Shown one piece after another: positions 32,051-41,449 of a stretch of DNA of 64,000 nt; position 1 is the stretch's first letter; each line of letters begins with the position of its first letter. The stretch comes from Vicinamibacteria bacterium (GTDB taxonomy: Bacteria; Acidobacteriota; Vicinamibacteria; Marinacidobacterales; Marinacidobacteraceae), in contig OZ241322.1 in the NCBI GenBank assembly GCA_965199715.1, forward strand, positions 96,001 to 160,000. The letters run 5' to 3'. The translations under genes and the position numbers were made by a program. The notes beneath the pieces are model-generated. The model was given only the letters and a program-made list of their open reading frames with translations, had not been told where the DNA came from and searched no databases.

Positions 32051-33924
32051 GCGCGCTTACGGAGGCCGTACGCCGCCAGCAGCAGCAGGATCCCCGCGCC
32101 GGCCCAGTTCGGCGCGGCCAGCAGCGCCCCGGCGTCGGGCGGCCAGAGCAGGAAGACGGTCGCGAGCAGCAGCAGCGCCCGTGAGGCGACCCCGAGCGGG
32201 CCGAACAGCCAGCCAGTGAGCCCGGCGGAGAGCGTCGCCACGACGAGCGCGCCGAGCAGGAACGCCGCGACCGCCCCGGGGACGCCGCGCCCGTCGAGGA
32301 TCAGCAGCAGCTCCGGCCGCCATACGAAGAAGTAGGGCAGCGCGAATCCGGTCAGCGCGAATCGGAAGGCGGTGACCGCCACCGGCAGGATCGGGGCGTT
32401 CGCGATTCCCGCCGTCGTGTAGGCGGCGAGCGCGACCGGCGGGGTCACCATCGAGAGCATCCCGAAGTAGAAGATGAAGAAGTGGATCGACAGCGGCGGC
32501 ACGCCGAGCTGGCCGATGATCGGGCCGATTAGAGTGGCCATCAGCAGGTAGCAGACCGCCGACGGCAGGCCCATGCCGAGCACGACCGAGCCGACCATGA
32601 TGAGCAGCAGCGCCGGCAGCAGGCCGTCGCCGGCCACCGAGAGGACCGTCGCCGGAAACCGCGTCCCGAGCCCGGTCAGCGTGACCATCCCGAGGATGAT
32701 CCCGACCGATCCCGCCGCGGCGACGAGCGGCGCCGCGCCGCCGGCGATCTGGCGCAACCCGTCGAGACCGCGGCTCAGGCTCGGGCGCGTCGAGGGGTGG
32801 AGCGCGGCGACGACCGCGACCACGACGAGCGCCACGCTCACCGAGCGGAAGACGGTGCGTCCGGCGACGAGCGACGCGAGCAGGCTGAGCAGCCCGGCGG
32901 AGAAGACGACCCCGGGCCAGATCGGTCCGCGCGCTTGTTCGGACGCAGGCGCCTCGGTCTCGCCGAACCGCTCGCGGCGCGCCTCGAGGTGGACCATCGT
33001 CAGCAGCGCGAGGTAGTAGAGGATCGACGGCAGGATCGCTGCCCGCACCACGGTGAGGAAGCTCACCGGCGGGTCCACGAGCTCCAGCATCATGTAGGCG
33101 CCCGCGCCCATGACCGGGGGCACGAGCGCCGCGCCCGAAGCCGCGGCCGCCGTGATCCCGGCGGCGGCCCGGGCGGTGAACCCGGTGCTGCGCATGAGCG
33201 GGATCGTCAGCGTGCCGGTGGTGGCCGCTCCCGCGACCGCGCTTCCCGACAGCGAACCCATGAGCGCGTTCGCGAAGACCGAGACCTTCGCCGCCCCGCC
33301 CACGCTTCCGAGGAAGAGCCGCCGCGCCGAGCGGGTGATGAACCCGGTCGCGCCGGTCTGCTGGAGCGCCGCCCCGAACGCGACGAACAGGAAGACGTAC
33401 GAGAACATCACCTTCATCGCGATCCCGAAGACGCCCTGGCTTTGCAAGAAGCCCTGCGACGCGATCCGGCTCAGCGAGTACCCCCGGTGCGGGAACAGGA
33501 GGTCCGGCATGTGGGGCCCGAGGATCGCGTGGACGAGGAAGAGGCCGGTCAGGATCGGCAGCGCCGGCCCGAGCGCCCGCCACGTCGCGAGCAGCGCCGC
33601 GCCGATCCCGAGCGTCCCGAACGCGAGGTCCATCGGGGTCTCGGCCCCCGCCCGCGCGCCGAGCGTGGTCGGCCCGAGCGCGCTCCACCAGAAGACGTAG
33701 CCCGCGGCCGCCGCCGAGGCGGCGATTCCGGCGACGTCGAGGAGCCGCAGCCAGAGCGGGTCGCCGTCCTTCCCCTTGGCGAGGAAGCACAGCGGCAGCC
33801 CGAGCAGCGCGAAGACGGCGAGCTGCGCCTGCGGCGCGAGCGAGGGCCGGTTGACCTCGACGAGGACGAACCCGGTCAGCAGAAGCGCGAGCGCCGGGAT
33901 CCCGAACCGGCGCGCGGAGCTCAG
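32032..33924 (-). CDS. TRAP transporter fused 4TM/12TM permease
   Basis: GSLSGSAVA, PPVMGAGA, GMGLP, TPPVALA; frame stays open for 97 hydrophobic codons upstream of ATG 33633, to a CTG overlapping the TAXI stop. Confidence 0.85.
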   Translation of the reverse strand: MSSARRFGIPALALLLTGFVLVEVNRPSLAPQAQLAVFALLGLPLCFLAKGKDGDPLWLRLLDVAGIAASAAAAGYVFWWSALGPTTLGARAGAETPMDLAFGTLGIGAALLATWRALGPALPILTGLFLVHAILGPHMPDLLFPHRGYSLSRIASQGFLQSQGVFGIAMKVMFSYVFLFVAFGAALQQTGATGFITRSARRLFLGSVGGAAKVSVFANALMGSLSGSAVAGAATTGTLTIPLMRSTGFTARAAAGITAAAASGAALVPPVMGAGAYMMLELVDPPVSFLTVVRAAILPSILYYLALLTMVHLEARRERFGETEAPASEQARGPIWPGVVFSAGLLSLLASLVAGRTVFRSVSVALVVVAVVAALHPSTRPSLSRGLDGLRQIAGGAAPLVAAAGSVGIILGMVTLTGLGTRFPATVLSVAGDGLLPALLLIMVGSVVLGMGLPSAVCYLLMATLIGPIIGQLGVPPLSIHFFIFYFGMLSMVTPPVALAAYTTAGIANAPILPVAVTAFRFALTGFALPYFFVWRPELLLILDGRGVPGAVAAFLLGALVVATLSAGLTGWLFGPLGVASRALLLLATVFLLWPPDAGALLAAPNWAGAGILLLLAAYGLRKRAQSPMQ

Positions 33925-34868
33925 GAGCCCGGCCAGATCCCGGCTTCCCGGTAGTACCGCTCCGCCCCCGGATGGAAGGGGACGCCGGTGCTGCGCACGG
34001 CGTTGTCAGCGCGGATGGAGCGCCCCGCCGGATGCTTGGTCGCGACGTCCTCGCGGGCCTCCCACAGCGTCCGGGTGATCCGGTAGATCAGCTCGGGATC
34101 CGCGTCGGCGCGGGTGATGAGGTGCATGGATCCCACGTCGAGTCCGAGGTAGTCCTCGTCCTGGTTCCGGTAGGTCCCCGCCGGGACCACCGCGGGCCGG
34201 TAGAACGGGTACTCGTCGGGAAGCGCGTCCCGGACCGCGGGATCGAGCGGCACGAGGCGGACGTCCATTCCCGAGGCGGCCTGCACGATCGAGGCGGTGG
34301 GGACCGCGCCGCCGAGGAAGGCGGCCTGGGCGGAGCCGTCGGTGAGCATGTCCACCGCGCCCGCCTGGGTGTTGTACAGCGGCACGAAGTCCTGGTAGCC
34401 GACCCCGTGCGCCTCGACGATCGGGCGGATGAAGTGCTCGAACCCGGCGCCGGCCACGCCGACCACGACCCGCCGCCCGGCGAGGTCGGAGAGCCCCGCG
34501 ATCCCGTGGCGGACCGGCGCGACGAAGGTCGCCACGTTCGGGGCGAGGGTCATGACCGCCTGCACCGGATACGCCTGGCCCCAGCCGTCCTCGCCGCGCG
34601 ACGCGAAGTAGGTGACAGCGGCGTTCGAGAGCGCCAGATCCAGCTCGCCCCGGCTGAGGCGGCGGATGTTCTCGCCCGAGCCCTTGGTCGCCTCGGCGGT
34701 GATCTCGAACTCGCCGGACTCCTGGAGCACCTCGGCGAGCGCCCCCGCGACCACGAAGAACGCCCCGCCGGGAGGGGCGCCGCCGAGGCTCAGGAAGCGG
34801 TTCGTCGAGTCCCCGCCGACTCCGCAACTCGCGGCCAGAAGCAGGAGGGCGGGGGCGATTCGGGTCAT
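33921..34868 (-). CDS. TAXI family TRAP solute-binding lipoprotein
   Basis: Lipobox AASC; GGAFF, TKGSGEN, PFHPGAERYY. Confidence 0.9.
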   Translation of the reverse strand: MTRIAPALLLLAASCGVGGDSTNRFLSLGGAPPGGAFFVVAGALAEVLQESGEFEITAEATKGSGENIRRLSRGELDLALSNAAVTYFASRGEDGWGQAYPVQAVMTLAPNVATFVAPVRHGIAGLSDLAGRRVVVGVAGAGFEHFIRPIVEAHGVGYQDFVPLYNTQAGAVDMLTDGSAQAAFLGGAVPTASIVQAASGMDVRLVPLDPAVRDALPDEYPFYRPAVVPAGTYRNQDEDYLGLDVGSMHLITRADADPELIYRITRTLWEAREDVATKHPAGRSIRADNAVRSTGVPFHPGAERYYREAGIWPGS

Positions 34869-34899
34869 GCGCCCCGGAAGCATATAAACTCACAATGAC

Positions 34900-35532
34900 G
34901 TGCTTCTGCGCCAGTCGGACCAGGACGCCATTCGCAAGCTGCTCGCCCAGCTTCCGGGGCCGGTGACCCTCACGCTGCGAACGATCCGCGAGGGCGAGTG
35001 CCGCTCCTGCCCGACGACCGAGCAGTTGCTGCAGGAGGTCGCGGAGCTCTCCCCGAACGTCCGCGTCGAGATCGAGGAGGCGGAGGCGCCCGAGGAGCCG
35101 GCCCCGGTCATCACGCTCACCGGCGCCGCCGCCGGCCGGGTCCGCTTCCTCGGGCTGCCCGAGGGGCACGAGTTCGCTTCGCTCCTCGACGCGATGCGGC
35201 GGGTCGCGGGCGAGCCGCTCACGCTCGGCGACGCGACGAGGGACGCGCTCGCCGGACTCCGGCGGCCGGCGCACGTCCGCGTCTTCGCCACCCCCAATTG
35301 ACCGTATTGCCCCCCGGCGGCCGGTCTGGCCGTCCAGTTCGCGGTCGCGAGCGAGAAGGTCTCGACCGACGTGGTGCTGGCGCGGGACTACCCGGGGCTG
35401 GCCCGGCGGTATCGGCTCAGTTCGGTGCCGCTGACCGTGATCGAGTCGGAGGGAGCCTCGCGCAGCGTCCTCGGCGCGCGGCCGGAGGCGGACTTCCGCG
35501 ACGCCCTGCTGGAGGCCGACGGCGATGCCTGA
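34900..35532 (+). CDS. Selenocysteine-containing protein disulfide oxidoreductase (AhpF N-terminal / PDO-type double thioredoxin fold)
   Basis: CRSC motif, RFLGLPEGHEF, then FATPN-TGA-PYC (UxxC); frame continues 76 codons (SSVP cis-Pro motif, GARPE) to TGA 35530-35532. Confidence 0.85.
35316..35334 (+). promoter_or_regulatory. Putative bacterial SECIS element
   Basis: Stem GGCGGCC/GGCCGTC with GGTCT loop, 14 nt after the in-frame TGA (35299-35301); resembles the GGUCU apical region of the E. coli fdhF SECIS. Confidence 0.7.
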
Positions 35533-36973
35533 ACTGACCCGACGCGCGGCGCTCGCGCTCCTGGGCGCCTCGCCGGCCTCGCTAGCCCGTTCGGCGCCGT
35601 TCCCCGAAGACTCGGTCGGCGACCTCGGGCGGAGGATCCACGGCGTCCGCCGCCGGTTCGGCCTGAACCGGGCGATCGGCGTCCACGTCCGCCATCTCGA
35701 GTCCGGGACCGAACTCTTCAGCCACAACGCCGACCGGACCTACATCCCGGCGTCGGGCATGAAGCTGCCGGTGATGGGGGCGTGCCTCCACTACCTCGGG
35801 CCGTCGTACCGCTTTCCGACGCGGTTCTACGTGGACGCGCCGCCCGACGCGGATGGGGTGATCCACGGGCCGGTCCACGTCGTCGGCTGCGGCGATCCGT
35901 CCATCACCCGCCACGACATGGACTTCATCGCCGACTCGCTCGCCGCCGCCGGAATCACGGAAGTGCGGGGCGGCGTGCTCCTCGACGACGGGTTCTTCGA
36001 GGCGCAGGAGGAGGACCAGCCGCGGATCGCCCGCATGATGGCCAAGCGACTGCCGATCCAGAGCGCGCTCGGCTACATGTGGAACCGGGTCGAGGTGGCG
36101 GGCGTGCCGGGCGAGGGAAACCGGCCCGACGTCCGCGACGAGGGCCACGGGTACTACGAGCTCGACAACCGCATGGTGCTGCGCAACTCCGGGCGCCCCT
36201 ACATCCTCGTCCAACGCCGGGGCAGGCGGCGCGCGCGCATCCAGGGGCGCATCCGCCGGGGCGGAAGCGAGCGGGTGGCGCGGTTCACCGCGACCGAGCC
36301 GGCGCTCTACTTCGGCTACGCCTTCCAGGGCAAGCTCGCGGAGCGCGGGATCGTCGTCCACGGCGAGCCCGAACGGAAGGCGCTGCCGAATCCGCGCGAG
36401 AAGCTGCTCCTGTACCGACACGAGTCGGCGTCGCTGCCGCAGGTGCTGGAGGCGCTCGGCAAGTACAGCAACAACTGGTCCTCCGAGCAGTTGCTCTTCG
36501 TCGCCGGCGCGCACCGCTGGGGGCCGCCCGGAACGGTCGAAAAGGGCGCGGCGGCGCTCGAGGAGTACATCGTCGGCCTCGGGTTCCCGGCCAGCACCTT
36601 CAAGATCGCCGACGGCTCCGGGCTCTCCCGCGAGAACAAGCTGAGCGCGCGGATCCTCGTGGCCATCGTGCGCGACCTCTACCGCCCGCCCGAGCTCCGC
36701 TCCGACTTCCTCTGCTCGCTCGCGGTCTCCGGCGTGGACGGCACGCTCGCCCGCCGCATGCGCTCCCGGAACACGCTCGGCCAGGTCATGGCCAAGACCG
36801 GCAGCCTCAACGGCGTGAGCTCGCTCTCCGGCGTGGCGTTCCCGCACGGGCCGCAGGATCGGGCGCTCGGGTTCTCGGTCGTGACGAACGGCGTGCGCCA
36901 GAGCAGCGGCGACGCGGTCGAGAACGTGATCGCGGGCGAGCTGGTGAGCTGGGCGAGCGACCTGACCACCTGA
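35525..36973 (+). CDS. dacB: D-alanyl-D-alanine carboxypeptidase/endopeptidase (PBP4, S13)
   Basis: PASGMK (SxxK), SNN, DGSGLSR, DGTL, KTG; Tat-like signal TRRAAL. Confidence 0.92.
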   Translation: MPELTRRAALALLGASPASLARSAPFPEDSVGDLGRRIHGVRRRFGLNRAIGVHVRHLESGTELFSHNADRTYIPASGMKLPVMGACLHYLGPSYRFPTRFYVDAPPDADGVIHGPVHVVGCGDPSITRHDMDFIADSLAAAGITEVRGGVLLDDGFFEAQEEDQPRIARMMAKRLPIQSALGYMWNRVEVAGVPGEGNRPDVRDEGHGYYELDNRMVLRNSGRPYILVQRRGRRRARIQGRIRRGGSERVARFTATEPALYFGYAFQGKLAERGIVVHGEPERKALPNPREKLLLYRHESASLPQVLEALGKYSNNWSSEQLLFVAGAHRWGPPGTVEKGAAALEEYIVGLGFPASTFKIADGSGLSRENKLSARILVAIVRDLYRPPELRSDFLCSLAVSGVDGTLARRMRSRNTLGQVMAKTGSLNGVSSLSGVAFPHGPQDRALGFSVVTNGVRQSSGDAVENVIAGELVSWASDLTT

Positions 36974-37966
36974 GTGCGGGGCGTCCCGGGCCTCGATCCG
37001 CCCGAGTACTGCGACTGGAAGCCGGACCCCGACGCGGTCCGGGAGTTCCGCGACAACGCCGGCGACGCGGACGACGCCGACTTCCTCGGGCTGTACCGGG
37101 GGCTCGTGCGGAATCGGCTCCACGACCGCCAGCTCAAGCGGTGGGTGCGGTCGGGCCGGCTCTCGAAGGCGTGGCTCGGGACCGGGGAGGAGGCGGTCAC
37201 CGTCGGGGCCTGCCACGCGCTCGGCCCCCGGGACGCGGTCGGGCCGATGATCCGCAACGCGGGAGCCGCGCGAGAGCGGGGCATGCCGCTCGTCGAGATG
37301 TTCCGGGGCGCGCTCGGGGACCTCGACGGTCCCGCCTGCGGGCGCGACCTCCATTTCGGCGACCTCGACCGGGGCGTGGTCGCGCCCATCAGCATGGTCG
37401 GGTCGCTCGTCCCGGTGCTGGCCGGGATGGCGCTCGCCTATCGGCTGCGGGGCGAGGACCGGGCCGGCCTCACGTGGGTCGGCGACGGGACCACCGGAAC
37501 CGCCGGATTCCACGAAGGGCTCACGTCGGCGGTCGCGCTCGGGGCGCCGCTGATCGTCGTGATCCAGAACAACCGGGTCGCGCTCGGAACCCGGACGCCC
37601 GAGGACGCGCCCTTCGCCGCGCTCGGGGCGGCGTACGGAGTTGCGTCGCTGGAAGTGGACGGCAACCATGTCCTCGACGTGCTCCGGGGCGTGCGCCGCG
37701 CGCGGGAGCGATGCCTTGCCGACGCGCGTCCGGCGCTCGTCGTGGCGAGCACGTTCCGGATGGGCGGGCACGCGACGCACGACGAGGCCGAGGCGCGAGC
37801 GCTGTTTCCCCCGGAGGTCTTCCGGTGGTGGGGAAGCCGCGACCCGGTGCGCCAGTACCGGCACTGGCTCGTCGAGGAGGGCCGCGCCGATGAGGCGGCG
37901 GTGGAGGCCGTCGAGCGCGAGGTCGAGGCGGAGGTCGAGGCGGCGGCGAGCGAGGCGTCAGGGTAG
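36974..37966 (+). CDS. Thiamine diphosphate-dependent 2-oxoacid dehydrogenase E1 alpha subunit
   Basis: VGDG...IQNN ThDP motif, VDGNH, FRMGGHATHD, RDP. Confidence 0.88.
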   Translation: MRGVPGLDPPEYCDWKPDPDAVREFRDNAGDADDADFLGLYRGLVRNRLHDRQLKRWVRSGRLSKAWLGTGEEAVTVGACHALGPRDAVGPMIRNAGAARERGMPLVEMFRGALGDLDGPACGRDLHFGDLDRGVVAPISMVGSLVPVLAGMALAYRLRGEDRAGLTWVGDGTTGTAGFHEGLTSAVALGAPLIVVIQNNRVALGTRTPEDAPFAALGAAYGVASLEVDGNHVLDVLRGVRRARERCLADARPALVVASTFRMGGHATHDEAEARALFPPEVFRWWGSRDPVRQYRHWLVEEGRADEAAVEAVEREVEAEVEAAASEASG

Positions 37967-38413
37967 GGGGAGGACGACCAGGTCGATCCAGACCCCGCGC
38001 CGGGGCTCGAAGTCCCGGTCGGTCGTGACGAGGGTGGCGCCGGTGACGCGAGCCGTAGCCGCGAGCCAGATCTCGTTCTTGCCGAGATTGCGGGCGGGTT
38101 TCCACGGCGGCTCCCCGGCCGGACCGGGGATCTTCCCCTCGAGCCATGCGTCGATTTCGGCGTATGTCTCAAGAAGACCAGGTTCGAGAGGGAGCATCTG
38201 GGCCCGATCGAGCATCTGTTGAATCCTCCGACGTTTGCCGTCGCCTCAGTGGCGTTTGTGCGCGAGGGCGAGGAGTTCGCCATGGCACACGATCGAGAAG
38301 TACTTGCCGACGTTTTCGGCCTAGCCGTTCGTGTCGCGCAGGGCGGGCCACGGCTTGCCGCGCACCAGTTCCAGGAGAAGCCCGCTGTCGAGGACGAACC
38401 GCCCCGCGGTCAA
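37958..38413 (-). pseudogene. PIN/VapC-type ribonuclease toxin pseudogene
   Basis: TTG 38413: MTAGRFVLDSG...NG*AEN...SIVCHGELLALAHKRH*GDG...KNEIWLAATA...LVTTDRDF; two in-frame stops. Confidence 0.7.
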
Positions 38414-39772
38414 CGAAGCTCAGCGTGAAGTTCCGCGAAGTCTTCCGTGCCCGGCCACGGCTCGTCGAACCGGGGCGGGAAGCGATACGGATCCTCGGGA
38501 TCCCGCTTCGGAAGCAGCGGACGCTGACCTTTTTCTCGATTGGGAAGCGAGCGGAACAACGCGTCCCGCTCCTGCGCCTGCTTTCGCGAGTTCGCCTGCG
38601 GCCTTGAGGACCGCGCTGTCGAAGCGGCCCATGTCCGCGACTGCGGACGCGGCCAGATGGATCGCCGTGCCGCCAAGTGTCCGCCGCCGGGAAACGCTCG
38701 CGAGCCATCTCCAGCCTCGGGGCGCTCAGTTCGACGATCGTGGAGCCGCTGGGAGTTCCGTCAGTTCGAAGTCCACGAGCTTCCTCAGCCAGTCCGGCGA
38801 GGGCCCGCGTCGCGCTCCCGAACCGGTCACGACGAAGCGGGCCGCCGTGTCGGCGGTCGCCCGCAGCGTGTCCACCAGTCGAACGAGCTCGAGCCAACCG
38901 ATCATCCCCGGCGCGCGCACCGATCCCCGGAACTCAAGCGAACGATGCGCCCGCGGCGCTTCACCCATCGCCCGCATCCTACTCCTTCAGCTCGGCGTGC
39001 ATCTCCAGCATCTCCTCACGGGACCACGGCTCGTCGTCCGGGGGGAGCCGGGGCAGCGGCCCCGTCCGGAAGTACGCGTCGAAGCGTTCCCGCTTCCGCC
39101 GTCGTTCGTCGGGAGGCGAGCGGAACGGCTCGCTCCGGCTCCGGCTCGACGCCGCCGGCCTCGACCGTTCGCGCGCCGCCGTCGCGTGAAGAGCCGGTCA
39201 CGGTGACGGCCTTGCCCTACAAGCCGCGCAGGGACTCCACGTCCACTCCCCCGAGCTTCACGCGCAGCGGGGAGCCGGAGTCCACCACCAACAAGCACTC
39301 GCGCCTGCCGTAGTCGATCTCGTCGAGCCGCCCGGTGATTGCGCACGGGCGGGGCGGGGGGATCGATGGACTGGCGAACCGGGTCGAGCGCCTTCAGCCG
39401 CCACCTGACGCCCGCCTTCGCGAGTTCGCTCGCGGCCTTCAGGACGGCTTGGTCGAAGCGGCCCATGTTCGCGATGGCCAGCGCCGCAAGATCGATGGCC
39501 GTGTCGTCGAGGTCGGACTCGGGGAAGCGCTCCCGGGCCGCCGCCAGTCTCGGGGCGGTCAGTTCGAGGGAACCGCGGCGAAGCCCGGCGGCCTCGAAGT
39601 CCACGAGCTTCCTCGGCCAGGCCGACGCCGGCCCCGGCCGCGCTCCTGAACCAGTGGCCGTGAAGCAGGCAGCCCGTTCGGCGGTCTTCCGCAGCGCCTC
39701 CCCGACCCGGGCGAGTTCGCTCCACCCGCCGCCGTCCATCTCCAGCGCGTAGCGCGCCCGCGTCCCGTCCAC
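38410..39772 (-). pseudogene. Two tandem, diverged, decayed copies of an uncharacterised gene (about 38410-38977 and 38983-39772)
   Basis: Shared blocks TGSGAR..P...W.RKLVDFE, MGRFD.AVLKAA.ELAKAG and DEPW...HAEL in both copies, broken by frameshifts. Confidence 0.6.
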
Positions 39773-39789
39773 CGTCGGGCGTCCTACCC

Positions 39790-41205
39790 TCAGACCGGGG
39801 GGAGCTCCTCGTGGAAATTCGTCCGCGCCTCGATGGCGTGGGCGACCTGGAGAATGCGCGCCTCGGCGAACGGCGGGCCGTAGATCTGGAGCGCGAGCGG
39901 CAACCTCGGCTCGCCGGCGGTGAACCCGCAGCCCATCGTAAGCGCCGGAACGCCGGTCATGTTGCCGATGAAGGTCGTTCCAGGACGGGTCGTCATCCCG
40001 TCAGGATCGCGTCCTTCGGGCACGTCGCTGCGCGCCTCGTCGGGGGTTCGCAGCCGTCCCGCGGGCGCGAGCGCGCCGGGAACGATCATCACGTCGCAAT
40101 CCTCGAACGCCGCAGCCATCTCGCGCTTCAGGATCGTGCGCACCCGCAGCGCCTTGATGTAGTCGGTCGCCGAGTAGAACCTGGCCACCTCCAGCCGCTC
40201 GCGCACCAGGGGATCCAGTAGCTCGGGCGTTTCGGCGAGGCGCTTCTCGTGGAACGTCGTCGCTTCCGCCATCGCGACGATCCAGCCCGCGGTTCCGGCG
40301 AGGTCGGCGTGGGGGATCGAGACCTCGACGGTCGTTGCGCCGTCGTCTTCGAGAAGCCCGATCGCGCTCTCGACGGCGGCCCGCACCTCGTCGGTCGCTC
40401 CTTCGAACATGCCGACCCCGATGCGCAGGCCTCGGACCCCGGGCGCGAGCGCCGCGAGGTAGTCGGGGACGGGTTCGTCCGCCGCCGTCGGGTCCAGGGG
40501 ATCGGGGCCGGCGAGAACCTGGAGCATGGCCGCTGCGTCGTGCGCGGTGCGGGTCATCGGCCCGGCGTGGTCGAGCGTCCAGCTCAGGGTCGTGACCCCG
40601 TAGCGGCTGATCCGCCCGTAGGTCTGCTTCAGGCCGACCACGCCGCACGCGGCCGCCGGTCCCCGGATCGAGCCGCCGGTGTCGGTGCCGATGGAGAGCG
40701 GAACGAACCGGGCGGCGAGCGCGGCGCCGGAGCCGGACGACGAGCCGGACGGCGAGTGATCGGTCGCCCAGGGGTTGCGGGCGGGGCCGAAGCCGGAGAG
40801 GACGCCGCTCCCCATCGCGAACTCCAGCAAGTTCAGTTTCCCGATCAGGATCGCCCCGGCGTCGTCCAGCCGCCTCGTGATGGTCGAGTCGTAGTCGGGA
40901 ACCCAGTCGGCGGTCGCCTGCGAGCCGTTCGTCGTCAGGATCCCGCACGTCGCGAGGATGTCCTTCGGCGCGTAGGGAACGCCGTGCAGCGGGCTCCGGA
41001 GGTCCCCGGCGCGGATCTCGGCCTCGGCCCGGCGCGCCCGCTCCCGCGCATGGTCCGCCGTCACCGTGATGAACGAGTGGATCGCCGGGTCCGCCGCCTC
41101 GATATGGGCGAGATGGGCCTCCACCACCTCGACCGGCGAGAGCTCGCCCGACCGGTAGCGCTCGGCGAGCGCCCGCGCGCTCAGCCGGCAGAGTTCGGGG
41201 ATCAC
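39790..41205 (-). CDS. Amidase-signature family enzyme (GatA/AtzE-like)
   Basis: PKD (Lys), GSSSGS, IGTDTGGSIR, GLKQTYG. Confidence 0.92.
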   Translation of the reverse strand: MIPELCRLSARALAERYRSGELSPVEVVEAHLAHIEAADPAIHSFITVTADHARERARRAEAEIRAGDLRSPLHGVPYAPKDILATCGILTTNGSQATADWVPDYDSTITRRLDDAGAILIGKLNLLEFAMGSGVLSGFGPARNPWATDHSPSGSSSGSGAALAARFVPLSIGTDTGGSIRGPAAACGVVGLKQTYGRISRYGVTTLSWTLDHAGPMTRTAHDAAAMLQVLAGPDPLDPTAADEPVPDYLAALAPGVRGLRIGVGMFEGATDEVRAAVESAIGLLEDDGATTVEVSIPHADLAGTAGWIVAMAEATTFHEKRLAETPELLDPLVRERLEVARFYSATDYIKALRVRTILKREMAAAFEDCDVMIVPGALAPAGRLRTPDEARSDVPEGRDPDGMTTRPGTTFIGNMTGVPALTMGCGFTAGEPRLPLALQIYGPPFAEARILQVAHAIEARTNFHEELPPV

Positions 41206-41444
41206 CGCGCCGTGAAGCGGACCGCCGGCTCCACGAGGTCGTCGATCTCGAGTTCGCGGACGCCCCGGAAGAAGGCCCGGTTCATGCGGAAGGCCGGGAC
41301 GATCGCCCGAACGCGCTCGCGCGGGAGGGGCCGGTGGTGGAGCCGGTTCGCGCGGTCGAGTTCGGACTCGGGGGAGCCCGGACCGCAGGCGAGCGGGAGC
41401 GCCGCGACGCCGCCCAGAAGCGCGCGGCGGGTCAGGTCGGCCAC
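41202..41444 (-). CDS. Small Tat-lipoprotein-like amidase partner (GatC/AtzG-like size)
   Basis: TRRALLGG twin-Arg, LPLAC lipobox, C-terminal EPAVRF; GTGA-coupled to the amidase. Confidence 0.55.
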   Translation of the reverse strand: MADLTRRALLGGVAALPLACGPGSPESELDRANRLHHRPLPRERVRAIVPAFRMNRAFFRGVRELEIDDLVEPAVRFTAR

Positions 41445-41449
41445 GGCGG

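Noticed and set aside
38246-38312. In-frame TGA/TAG in the PIN gene as recoding
   Set aside because: The TGA sits at a likely Trp position, a second TAG is present, there is no SECIS-like hairpin and neighbours are decayed; simple nonsense mutations
39790-41205. gatA of the GatCAB amidotransferase
   Set aside because: No gatB nearby and the partner carries an export signal; generic amidase call kept
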